Assembly (NCBI GenBank): GCA_046726415.1
Contig: JBKPAK010000114.1
Span: 1 to 37,731 of the forward strand
Direction: 5' to 3'
From: Candidatus Methylomirabilota bacterium
GTDB taxonomy: Bacteria > Methylomirabilota > Methylomirabilia > Rokubacteriales > CSP1-6
Length of the DNA: 37,731 bases
Notes under the pieces: model-generated
What the model saw: only the letters and a program-made list of their open reading frames with translations
Database searches by the model: none
What the model was told of the DNA's origin: nothing
Made by a program: the position numbers and the translations under genes
In this document: positions 29,000 through 37,317 of the stretch, in pieces
How positions within the stretch are numbered: position 1 is the stretch's first letter
Layout of the letters: every line of letters begins with the position of its first letter

Positions 29000-29404
29000 C
29001 GGCAGGGATTCGTGCCCGCTCCCCGCCGAGGGCGTGGGTGTTCTCCCACGGGAACCGCGGCGCGTCGGCGTTGAACCAGCCGTCGCCAGCGATGGTGCGG
29101 ATGTGTTCGGGACCGAGGACGAGCACGGTGTCGCCGAACCCACCCGGCCGGTCGCTGGCAATGACTCGCCGCTGCCGGCGATCGCAGCCAGCAGGCCCTC
29201 CGCGCGGCGAGGCGCGGGTGTCAGCCACGATCTTCGGCGCCTCGAGCGGAAGGGCTGGGGCCACCGGCTTCCCCAGTCGTCGCCCGAACGACCGCTCGTC
29301 GCGATGGCGGCGCGGGGCCGCGCCAGCGTCGGTGGCTCAGCGGGGAGCCCGTCGGTGACGCCGCGGGCGTGTAGCCTCTCGACCGAATCGCCGATGTCGG
29401 CCAT
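29000..29404 (-). pseudogene. Internally deleted, frameshifted remnant of a 'TDGLPxxPPT' family protein
   Basis: The N-terminal segment MADIGDSVERLHARGVTDGLPAEPPT and the C-terminal segment VLVLGPEHIRTIAGDGW..RFPWE lie in different frames within about 400 bp. The family assignment is from memory of similar proteins. Confidence 0.55.
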
Positions 29405-29492
29405 GGCGATGGTCTCTCCGGGTATAGTTGGGGCTGCCAGGGGGCCCGAACGCGGACGGCGCGAGGATCGACCGGACGTGGGTGAGCCGGAT

Positions 29493-29606
29493 TCAGTGGG
29501 CCGCGTGGAGCGCGGTTCTGATGACATAGGCAAACGATGCCACCAGCATCGCCAGGAGCACCAACGAGCCGAGATCCAGGAGCATGCGGAGCTGCCGGTC
29601 TTCCAT
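29493..29606 (-). CDS. Putative 37-aa single-pass membrane protein (absent from the ORF track)
   Basis: MEDRQLRMLLDLGSLVLLAMLVASFAYVIRTALHAAH, with GGAAGG upstream and GC-rich third codon positions. Confidence 0.5.
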   Translation of the reverse strand: MEDRQLRMLLDLGSLVLLAMLVASFAYVIRTALHAAH

Positions 29607-29769
29607 GCGCGTGACCTTCCGTCGCGTGAAGTGGGCCCCGTCCGTGGCCGGATGAGACGCTCGCAGGAGACTATCGCGGCGGGGTCGCTTCCGTCAAATG
29701 CATGGGATCTGCGGCGCAGTGTCGTCGACCGCGGCGCTCCTGGCTGGCACTGACGGGAGGAGATCCTCG

Positions 29770-30090
29770 ATGCGGCACTTCGCGATCGTGAGCTTGGGAC
29801 TGATCCTGGCAACCCAAGGCGCGCTCCAGGTAACGACGGCCACGACCACCGAGAGCACACCTGCGCAGATCGGCTATGGCGTGGGCAGCGTGCTCGGGAC
29901 CCTCGTCTACGCGCCCGTCAAGGGGACCTTCTGCATTCTGGGCGCGCTCGGCAGCGCCGTGGCGCTCCCCTTCGGCGGCCCGGACAGCGCTGGTCGGGTA
30001 ATCGGCGCCAGTTGCCGTGGCACCTGGGTCATCACGCCGGCTGTGGTGCGAGGACGCGAGCCGGTGCAGTTTGTAGGCGACACGCAGTAA
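29770..30090 (+). CDS. Hypothetical exported/membrane protein
   Basis: SD GGAGG at 29756-29760, signal-like N-terminus, hydrophobic core, two Cys, GTWVITP. Confidence 0.7.
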   Translation: MRHFAIVSLGLILATQGALQVTTATTTESTPAQIGYGVGSVLGTLVYAPVKGTFCILGALGSAVALPFGGPDSAGRVIGASCRGTWVITPAVVRGREPVQFVGDTQ

Positions 30091-30202
30091 CCCCCCCCGA
30101 CCCTTGGAATTCACTCGAAGGAAGGGGTAGGCGACCTTGAGGAATTGCTCGAAGTATCTTCCGCTCGATTCTAAGAGATTCCTTGAGGTGCGCGTGACCC
30201 GT

Positions 30203-31402
30203 TTACGCAGTCCCCGCCCGCGCGGCGTAGCGTCGGTAGCACCGTACGGCGTTCTCCCAGAGGAGCTTCCGCCTGGCTCGCTCGGAAATCGAGATCCACC
30301 CGAGGACGGCCTCCACCGACTTGGGAAACCAGCTCTCCGAGTGGGGGTAGTCGGTGGCGAACATCAAGGTATCCTCGCCGAGCGCCTCGAGCGCATGCCG
30401 CAGGGACTGCTCTCCCTCGTGAAGCTGGATGCTCTGGAAATACTGCGGGCCGCGGATGTACTCGCTCGGCCTATATTTGAGCGGCGGCAGCGCGTGGCGG
30501 GCCATCTCGGCCAACTCGTCGAGGCGAGAGGCCCAAAACGCCAGCCAGCCGTGCCCGCACTCGAGCGAAGTCAGGCGCAGGGAGGGATAGCGGTCGAGAA
30601 CCCCGGCGCCGATCAGCGCCGCCATATTGCGCTGGGCGTTCCACACGTGTCCGGCCGCGCGCTGCAGGAAGACGTTGTCCCACGTGTCCCAGGTGCCGGG
30701 CGGATACGGGACCGTCATGGTGAAGGAATGGATGACCACCGTGAGGTCATACTCCTCGGCCATCGCCCAGATGGGCTCCCACTCGGGATCGTCCAGCGAG
30801 AGCTCGGGTGGGCAGATGGGAAAGATGCCAACGGGCCAGGGCTCTTCGCCACAACGGCGAATCTCAGCGACCGACGCCGCGACGTCACGCGCGGAGACGA
30901 GGATCACGCTCGTGAGTCGGTCGGGATAGGGCGCGCAGTAGTCGGCGAGGAACCGATGGTAGGCTTGGTAGGCGGCCAACTCCAGTCCCACGTCCGCCAG
31001 GCTGCAGAATGCGGGCAGGCCCCCGGAAGGCAGGATCATGTTCACATCGACACCCTCGATGTCCATGTCCTTGACCCGGGCATGCGGGTCGAAGCTGACG
31101 CGATCACTTGGAAACGGAGGTCCCTGCCAGCGCACGTCCCATGGAGTGCCACCGTCCTTGAGGCCCCGCGCCGCCGCGCTCGGGGGACCGACGCGCTCCC
31201 GAGAGCCGAGGCGACGATCAAGTGCTGGCCGCTTGCCGACCTGATAGCGGGACATGCCCGCCTTGGCGGGGGCGCGCCGGACCAGTGGCCCGAGCGCCGC
31301 CAGGCGCGCGCGATCGGCTGCCGAGAGATATTCCTCGATGGGCTCGGCGGGCTCGATGATGTGCGTATCAGCATCGAAGATCCGATAGCCTGCGCGTGCC
31401 AT
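30203..31402 (-). CDS. Amidohydrolase_2 family metal-dependent hydrolase/decarboxylase
   Basis: IFDADTHIIEP, DMDIEGVD, VVIH, LECGHGW, MFATDYPHSE. Confidence 0.9.
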   Translation of the reverse strand: MARAGYRIFDADTHIIEPAEPIEEYLSAADRARLAALGPLVRRAPAKAGMSRYQVGKRPALDRRLGSRERVGPPSAAARGLKDGGTPWDVRWQGPPFPSDRVSFDPHARVKDMDIEGVDVNMILPSGGLPAFCSLADVGLELAAYQAYHRFLADYCAPYPDRLTSVILVSARDVAASVAEIRRCGEEPWPVGIFPICPPELSLDDPEWEPIWAMAEEYDLTVVIHSFTMTVPYPPGTWDTWDNVFLQRAAGHVWNAQRNMAALIGAGVLDRYPSLRLTSLECGHGWLAFWASRLDELAEMARHALPPLKYRPSEYIRGPQYFQSIQLHEGEQSLRHALEALGEDTLMFATDYPHSESWFPKSVEAVLGWISISERARRKLLWENAVRCYRRYAARAGTA

Positions 31403-31415
31403 CAGCGCCTCTCCT

Positions 31416-33176
31416 TCATGGTCGGATGATCACATCAACCAGGGCGGGACGGCCCTCGTCCTTCACCACGCGCAACGCGCGGCGGAGGGCCGGCCCGACG
31501 GCGGCCGCGGCGTCGATGGGCCCCTCGGCATGAACGCCGAAGCCGTGGGCAATCTTGGCGAAGTCTGGGGCGGGATCGTCGATGCGGATCCCGACGACTT
31601 TGTTCTCGATCGGCCGGCCCCGTGCTTTGGCCACGGACTCCTGGTGCTCCTCGTCGTTGCCGTAGGTGCGATTGTTGAACATGACGGTGAGGAGCGGCAG
31701 CCGGTGGTGGGCCGCGGTGTAGAGCCCACTCACGACGTAGAGGAGGTCTCCGTCGGCCTGCAGATTCACGCAGAGCTTTCCCGAACCGCGATGAGCCAGG
31801 GCCACACCCAGCGCGGCCGGGAGTCCATATCCGAGCCCGGCGCCACCGCTGCCGCCGTAGGCGCGCTGCGGCTGCCAGTCCCAGAGCCGGGGCGCCCAGC
31901 CCTTGGCAGTGCCGTTGGCGAGAATCCAATCCTCGTCCTTGACGGCTTCCCACACTTCCGCGGCGAGCACCGAGGCGCCCACCGGCTTCCACGAGCGCTC
32001 CAGGTCGACGGTCAGCCGCGACTCGGCGCCGAGCTCCCGATGGCGCAAGGCGAGGCGTACGGCCCGCGCCTGACGCTCTGCCGCGCCGGGATCTCGCGCG
32101 AGGCGATCCTCCACCGCGGTCACCAGGGACGGCAGAGCCGTGGCCGCGTCGGCGGCGATCGGGACGTCGACGGGAACAAGCGACTGGAAGGTCTGCGCCC
32201 AGCTCCGGGCAGCGTAATCCTCGAGCGAAATCGAGATCACGCGGGTCGCCTCGTTCAGCATCCGGACTTCACGCGTCGTCCGATCTGTCTGACCGAGCGC
32301 GCCGAGGAAGTTTGACACTGCGAGGGCGAGGACCACATCGGCCTCGCGGATGACCTCATGGCGCGCGCCGCTCATATCGAGAGGATGATTGCCCGGAACA
32401 CTCGGTCGCCCCTGGTAGTCGGCGGCGAGGTCGACGAGCGGCGCGGCCAGCAGCTCGGCGAGACGGCAGAGGGTCTGCACCGCTCCGGGGCGACGTCCGA
32501 GTGACTGCACCACAATCACGGGAAAGCGCGCTTCCACGAGCCGTCGAGCGGCCGCGTCGAGAGCCTGTGGATTCGCGTTCGGGGGCGCGGCGGGTCGGAA
32601 GCGCGCGACATCCGGGATTGGTACCGGACGTTCCAGCGCGTCCTCCTGGAGGGCAGCGTCGAGGCATAGGTAGACCGGACCCTGCGGTTCGGTGCAAGCC
32701 AGACGCCACGCGCGCAGGAACGCCTCGGGGAGCGCCCCAATGCTCGCCGGCTGGTCGTCCAGCTTGACGTAGTCGCGGACCTGCGTGCCCTGGACGAGCG
32801 CGGTGTGGATCCAGTCGATCCACGGCCGGCGCCGCGTGGTATCCATCGGCCCCGTGGCGCCAAGCACCAGGATGGGGACGCGATCGCAGAAGGCATTAAA
32901 GATTGCCATGCTCGCGTGCTGGAGGCCGACGATATCGTGCACGACGGCCGCCATAGGCACTCCCCTCGCCTTGGCGTAGCCGTGGGCTAGCGCTACGGCG
33001 ATCTCCTCGTGGGTGGTGAGGATCAGCTCGGGCGTCCCGTTACCGCCCCGGTAGTTCACCAGGGAGTCGTGGAGCCCGCGAAACGTCGCCCCGGGGTTGA
33101 TGGCGACGTGCTCGACGCCAACGGCTCGCAACAGGTCGACGACGAGATCGGAACCGTAGTGGGGTGTCCTCGTCAC
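31416..33176 (-). CDS. Thiamine diphosphate-dependent enzyme (benzoylformate decarboxylase/acetolactate synthase superfamily)
   Basis: NPGATFRGLHDS, HEEIAVALAHGYAK (catalytic Glu), ThDP-binding motif ADGDLLY..NN, PDFAKIA. Confidence 0.92.
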   Translation of the reverse strand: MTRTPHYGSDLVVDLLRAVGVEHVAINPGATFRGLHDSLVNYRGGNGTPELILTTHEEIAVALAHGYAKARGVPMAAVVHDIVGLQHASMAIFNAFCDRVPILVLGATGPMDTTRRRPWIDWIHTALVQGTQVRDYVKLDDQPASIGALPEAFLRAWRLACTEPQGPVYLCLDAALQEDALERPVPIPDVARFRPAAPPNANPQALDAAARRLVEARFPVIVVQSLGRRPGAVQTLCRLAELLAAPLVDLAADYQGRPSVPGNHPLDMSGARHEVIREADVVLALAVSNFLGALGQTDRTTREVRMLNEATRVISISLEDYAARSWAQTFQSLVPVDVPIAADAATALPSLVTAVEDRLARDPGAAERQARAVRLALRHRELGAESRLTVDLERSWKPVGASVLAAEVWEAVKDEDWILANGTAKGWAPRLWDWQPQRAYGGSGGAGLGYGLPAALGVALAHRGSGKLCVNLQADGDLLYVVSGLYTAAHHRLPLLTVMFNNRTYGNDEEHQESVAKARGRPIENKVVGIRIDDPAPDFAKIAHGFGVHAEGPIDAAAAVGPALRRALRVVKDEGRPALVDVIIRP

Positions 33177-33592
33177 GCCTCTCCTCGCTGGGCTAGGTGT
33201 TCTGCCGTCTCAGATGTCTCCTACCGTCCCCCCTACCGCACCGCGAGACGGTGGGGCCGAGTGTACTCCAGCGCGTTCCTTCAAGTCCCATCGGAGCGAT
33301 CCGAGCCCGTGGCCCGGTCTTGGCCGCCCGGCCGGGTCCCAATCGACCCCGACGAGGGCAACGCCGCCGCGGGGCGTTTCCAGGTGCGCCAGTATTGGGT
33401 GGCGCTGCTCGTCGGGTTTCGGCCTGCTCTTGCTGGGGCATCCGCAAGGTCGCGCGTGGACAAATACCGGCCACCAGCTGCGCCGGAGTAGTATTCCCTG
33501 AAGCTGTCCCCGCCCCGGGGGTCTCAAGACGGTGTCGGCCCCGGGAAGCGGCGGTGGTTCTCAACCGCGGACGCGATGAAGGCAGGGGGCCG

Positions 33593-33985
33593 ATGACAAC
33601 GGAGTTCACGGTGATCCTCGAGGACAGGCCTGGGACCCTCGCCCGACTTGGTACTGTCCTGGGCGACGCCCGGGTCAATATCGAGGCGATCCAAGGGATG
33701 AGCCGTGACGGCAGAAGCGTGATCCATTTCGTTCCCCGTGACCCGGCCACCGCCGCGGATGCGCTGAACGCCGCGGGCATCGCGTTCAGCCAGCGAGAGG
33801 TGCTGGTGGTCAGGGTACTCGACGAGCCCGGCACGCTCGGCGAGGTCGCGCTCGTTATGTCGCACGCGGGAATCAACATCGATGCGGTCTACGTCACCAG
33901 CCGTGGGCATGTCGTCTTCGGCGTCGACGACCTGGACGGCGCCATTCAGGTTGCGGGAGGCATGGCCGTCATGACGCTGGAGTGA
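33593..33985 (+). CDS. Tandem ACT-domain protein
   Basis: LEDRPGTLARL..VNIEAI and LDEPGTLGEVA..GINIDAVY. Confidence 0.9.
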   Translation: MTTEFTVILEDRPGTLARLGTVLGDARVNIEAIQGMSRDGRSVIHFVPRDPATAADALNAAGIAFSQREVLVVRVLDEPGTLGEVALVMSHAGINIDAVYVTSRGHVVFGVDDLDGAIQVAGGMAVMTLE

Positions 33986-34658
33986 CTGAATTCGATTGCC
34001 ACCTAGGCCACCACCCGAATGAACGGTCGGCGGCCGGGTAGGCCGAACCAAACCGAGACCTCGCGCGCCCGGAACTCGATATGAAGCGTTCACACGCGTT
34101 CCCGAGTCGGTCTGCTAGACTCCCGCCGATGTCCGGTTTACCAAGAACGCCCCTGATCGGCCGGCGTCAGGCGTGGTCCGCGAAGTGGCGCGCGGATCGG
34201 GGGCGACAGCGGAGAGGACGTTCGGCAGACCCGCGACCGGGAGATCGCCGATCTACTCCGAGCGGCCCCGGCGACGCTGAAGGGCTCGCGATGAGAGCGC
34301 ATGCTCGCCGCCCTGATCCCGGCTATGATCGTTCTCGCCGCTACGCTCGCCGCGGCAGCGCAGCCGGCGGGTGGGTCCGAGGATCGGGTGCATGGGGCCG
34401 AAAGCGGGACCGATCCCCGTCGAGGATGTGCGCGTCGCCGTATCAGGCGCCCCTCGCCGTCCAGGACTCCGAGCTCCACGTGCTGGAAGAGGCTTCCCAA
34501 AGACCGGGGGTCCCACTCTCTGTGCACAACGTGGTCCCCCTCGCATTGGCGGGCGAGCCCGCCGAGCGGCTGACCGCTCGGGCGCTCGGCGAAGGGACGA
34601 ACTTCGGGATGCTCGTGGCGGAGATCCTCGAGGCTGAGGCGCGGCACCGCTGACAAGA

Positions 34659-35108
34659 ATGGACAGACCGCGGGCGGGCGGACTCAATGAAGCTCTTCTG
34701 AAGGGGATCCACGTGCTTCTCGTCGACGATGACGCGGACTCTCGCGCCGTTCTCGAGGAGGTGTTCAGCTTCTGCGGCGCGCTCGTCACGGTCGCCGCGT
34801 CGACGGCAAGTGCCTTGGCCTCACTCGAGCGAGTCGTTCCCGACATCATCCTCAGCGATGTCTCCCTGCCGGGCGAGGACGGGTACGCCTTCCTGGGCCA
34901 CGTCCGGACCATGCCCTCGGCGAGTCACGTGCCAGCGATCGCCACCAGCGGCTATCCTGTCGAGGAGGAGCTCACCCGGGCCCGCCTCGCAGGATTTCAG
35001 GCTTATCTCGAAAAGCCCCTCAATCTCGAGGAGCTGTGCGTCCTCATCAGAGAGCTGGTCGCCGGCGCGACGCCCGCCACCACCACCAGAGAGGCAGAGG
35101 GCGAGTAG
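34659..35108 (+). CDS. Single-domain response regulator (receiver)
   Basis: VLLVDDDADS, PDIILSDVSLPGEDGY, AIATSG, GFQAYLEKP. Confidence 0.9.
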   Translation: MDRPRAGGLNEALLKGIHVLLVDDDADSRAVLEEVFSFCGALVTVAASTASALASLERVVPDIILSDVSLPGEDGYAFLGHVRTMPSASHVPAIATSGYPVEEELTRARLAGFQAYLEKPLNLEELCVLIRELVAGATPATTTREAEGE

Positions 35109-35161
35109 TGGATCCAGCGCGGCGACCCCTCGTGGCGTGCTCTGCTGTTACCGGAGGCAAC

Positions 35162-35305
35162 ATGTCACCTCGGAAACTGGCCACGGTCCTTCTACCGTCG
35201 CGAACCCGACAAGGGCTCACCCAGGAAGAGCTGCCGAAGGGCCCAACGTCGCGAGGGCTACATCGCCGTCCTCGAGACTGGCGGCAGTTAGGCACCAAGG
35301 ACCCG
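35162..35305 (+). pseudogene. Frameshifted XRE-family HTH regulator remnant
   Basis: GGAGG SD, then ATG 35162. Reads RTRQGLTQEEL, then YIAVLETG in another frame, then TKDP. Confidence 0.55.
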
Positions 35306-35736
35306 GGCGAATGCATCCTCGGTTTGGAGTGGGAACGGATCGACCTGGCCACGTCGCGGATCACGCTCTACCGGACCAAGAGCGGCAAGCCCCGTGGTGT
35401 GCCGATGAACAGCGCGGTCTACGACGCGCTGGTAGCGCTCCAGCCCGGCGCCAACGGCCGCCACGGACGCCTCTTCCAGCGGAAGTCGGGCGGCGCCTGG
35501 GGCCAGATTCGCACGGCGTTCGAGACCGCGATGAAGAGAGCCGACATCAGGGAGTTCCGTTCCACGATCTGAGGCACAGGCCGCCAGCCACATGGTGATG
35601 CGAGGTGCTACCCTCAAGGACGTGCAGGAGATCCTCGGTCACTCTGACTTCAAGATGACGCTCCGATACGCGCACCTCAGCCCGCGCACACTCGCAAGGC
35701 CGTCGACCTGTTGGACGGCCTGACCCCGCGGGCAGA

Positions 35737-35760
35737 AATGGCGCCCAGAATGGCGCCCAG
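35737..35760 (+). repeat. Perfect 12-bp tandem repeat; candidate integrase arm-type sites
   Basis: AATGGCGCCCAG twice (35737-35748 and 35749-35760), about 40 bp before the tRNA fragment. Confidence 0.6.
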
Positions 35761-35797
35761 GGCGGTAGAATCCGAAAAGCGTCTCGTAAGTCCGCGT

Positions 35798-35837
35798 GCC
35801 CCCGGTAGCTCAGGTGGATAGAGCAGCAGTTTCCTAA
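35798..35837 (+). pseudogene. 5' half of tRNA-Arg(CCT); probable att site
   Basis: GCCCCCGG-TA-GCTC-AGGTGGATA-GAGC-A-GCAGT-TTCCTAA gives the acceptor 5' strand, D-arm and anticodon loop with CCT. The 3' anticodon strand (expected ACTGC) and T-arm are absent. Confidence 0.85.
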
Positions 35838-35995
35838 TCACACCCATCGGTGTTGTGGCTTTCTTCGCGCTTTCGCGGAGTTAGCCGCAACACCGCGTCA
35901 CTCCTCACTTTCCATGGACTCCCGGCGTCTCTCATCTGACGACAATTTTATCGACAGGCGAGGCGTCTTGCGCGATTCTGTACGCGGTTCAGCAC

Positions 35996-36733
35996 ATGGC
36001 CAGCACAAGGAACGGTCGCCCTCGCCAGCCTCGAGGCGGTTCCGCGTCGGCGCTGCATGCCTGCCTTCGCGAGGAGCGCGAGAAGGACCCAGCCGTGGAG
36101 CCTGCCTACGTGCTCCGCCTTCTCGCGGGGCTCGTCACCGATCGCATTACGTGCGCGCGGCTCTCGGGATCGGCTGCCGATCATGCGACGTGCCCGCCCG
36201 CCGCCGACGTGCTCCGCCTCGACTACGCTGTGCTGCCCCTGATCAATCGGCGGAAAGCGGCGGAGCCGACACGCCGTAAGGACAGGGCGGACTTCATGCT
36301 CAGGAACAAGCAAATCCATTCCGTCATGAACCACGTCCGAGCGCTTGAGGGCTTGGGAGGGCCGAGCCTTTGCCAGGAGTGTGGAGCGAGGACGGCCGCA
36401 CAGCGAACCGTGTGGTGCGCCTCGGCCGGCCTAGTGGCATGTGCCGACACCCGGGGGCGGCAGCAGCGCATCCTCGACGAGCTCAAAGCCGCCAGGCTCC
36501 CCCTGAGAGGCCTCCGCCCCCTCGTGACGGCCCGCGGGGAGGACAGCGAGCTCGGCTGGCTCGCGACCTACGCCCTGCCCCTCTGCGAGTATCTCGGCCA
36601 GGCGATCAGTCAACCCACGGATAGCCTCGACGTCTACCGAAGGGTGAGCCGCATCCTCCGCGCCGCCTCTAATAAGCGCATCACGCCGGCGATGGTGAAG
36701 GACCGCTGCCTCCGCGCTCGCAAGCTTAAGTAA
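35996..36733 (+). CDS. Hypothetical protein of the mobile element
   Basis: 245-aa ORF with a CQEC..C..C cluster and a basic helical C-terminus. No family recognised. Confidence 0.6.
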   Translation: MASTRNGRPRQPRGGSASALHACLREEREKDPAVEPAYVLRLLAGLVTDRITCARLSGSAADHATCPPAADVLRLDYAVLPLINRRKAAEPTRRKDRADFMLRNKQIHSVMNHVRALEGLGGPSLCQECGARTAAQRTVWCASAGLVACADTRGRQQRILDELKAARLPLRGLRPLVTARGEDSELGWLATYALPLCEYLGQAISQPTDSLDVYRRVSRILRAASNKRITPAMVKDRCLRARKLK

Positions 36734-36859
36734 GCCTCACCTCTCAGTTCATTCGCACTCGTTTCTAGAAACTCGTCTCAATGAACCCACTATTGTTCCC
36801 TGCTACGTCCTCTCATATCGTGAGCCAGCAGAACGCGCCACGCGCACGGGGGACCGTAA

Positions 36860-37129
36860 ATGAGCGAGGAGAAGGCGCAAGAGGCTCCGCCGGACTACTT
36901 GACGGCGGAAGAGGTCGCGGAGCGGGTGCAGGTGTTCGCGCCGACTGTGTATCGGTGGAGTTTGGACGATCCCTCGATGCCCACGTTGCGGATCGGCCGC
37001 ACCGTGCGCTTTCCTGCCGAAAGGCTTGAGAAATGGTTGCGCTCGCGCGAGCAAGGCCCGGGGCGGGCGCGCGCGGCGGCGGCCGGGCACCGGGCGGACG
37101 ATCGCGTCGCGCGGCGCAAGTCGTCGTGA
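36860..37129 (+). CDS. Excisionase-like DNA-binding protein (HTH_17/AlpA-like)
   Basis: YLTAEEVAERVQVFAPTVYRW...MPTLRIGRTVRFPAERLEKWL. Confidence 0.88.
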   Translation: MSEEKAQEAPPDYLTAEEVAERVQVFAPTVYRWSLDDPSMPTLRIGRTVRFPAERLEKWLRSREQGPGRARAAAAGHRADDRVARRKSS

Positions 37130-37317
37130 TCCCTTCTCCCTTCGACGACCGCGCGGACGCGCCCGGGGTCGACCGCTTGCGGATGAGTCGTCGTGAGCAC
37201 GTGGCCGCGGCCCGCCTCAGGGTCGAGCGACTGCTCGACCAATGCGGATGGCGGTGGCATGCCGCGGCGTCGCGCATTCTCGACGAGCTGATCGTGCTCG
37301 AGGAGGCCGCACAATGA
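37126..37317 (+). CDS. Small hypothetical protein
   Basis: GTGA overlap with the excisionase stop and ATGA overlap with the next gene. Contains the SD AGGAGG for the next gene. Confidence 0.5.
   Translation: MIPSPFDDRADAPGVDRLRMSRREHVAAARLRVERLLDQCGWRWHAAASRILDELIVLEEAAQ

Larger units (their letters stand above)
35310..35837 (+). pseudogene. Tyrosine integrase C-terminal remnant with several frameshifts
   Basis: [60 protein letters not shown], spread over different frames. The N-terminus and first catalytic Arg box are missing. Confidence 0.9.

Noticed and set aside
33197-33592. N-terminal extension of the ACT ORF, and small ORFs at 33193-33527
   Set aside because: Low-complexity Arg/Pro/Gly translations with no motifs. 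The ACT domain begins at ATG 33593.
35798-35875. Intact tRNA-Arg gene
   Set aside because: No complementary 3' anticodon strand, no GTTC T-loop and no acceptor 3' strand follow TTCCTAA. I also saw no intron-split 3' half in the window.
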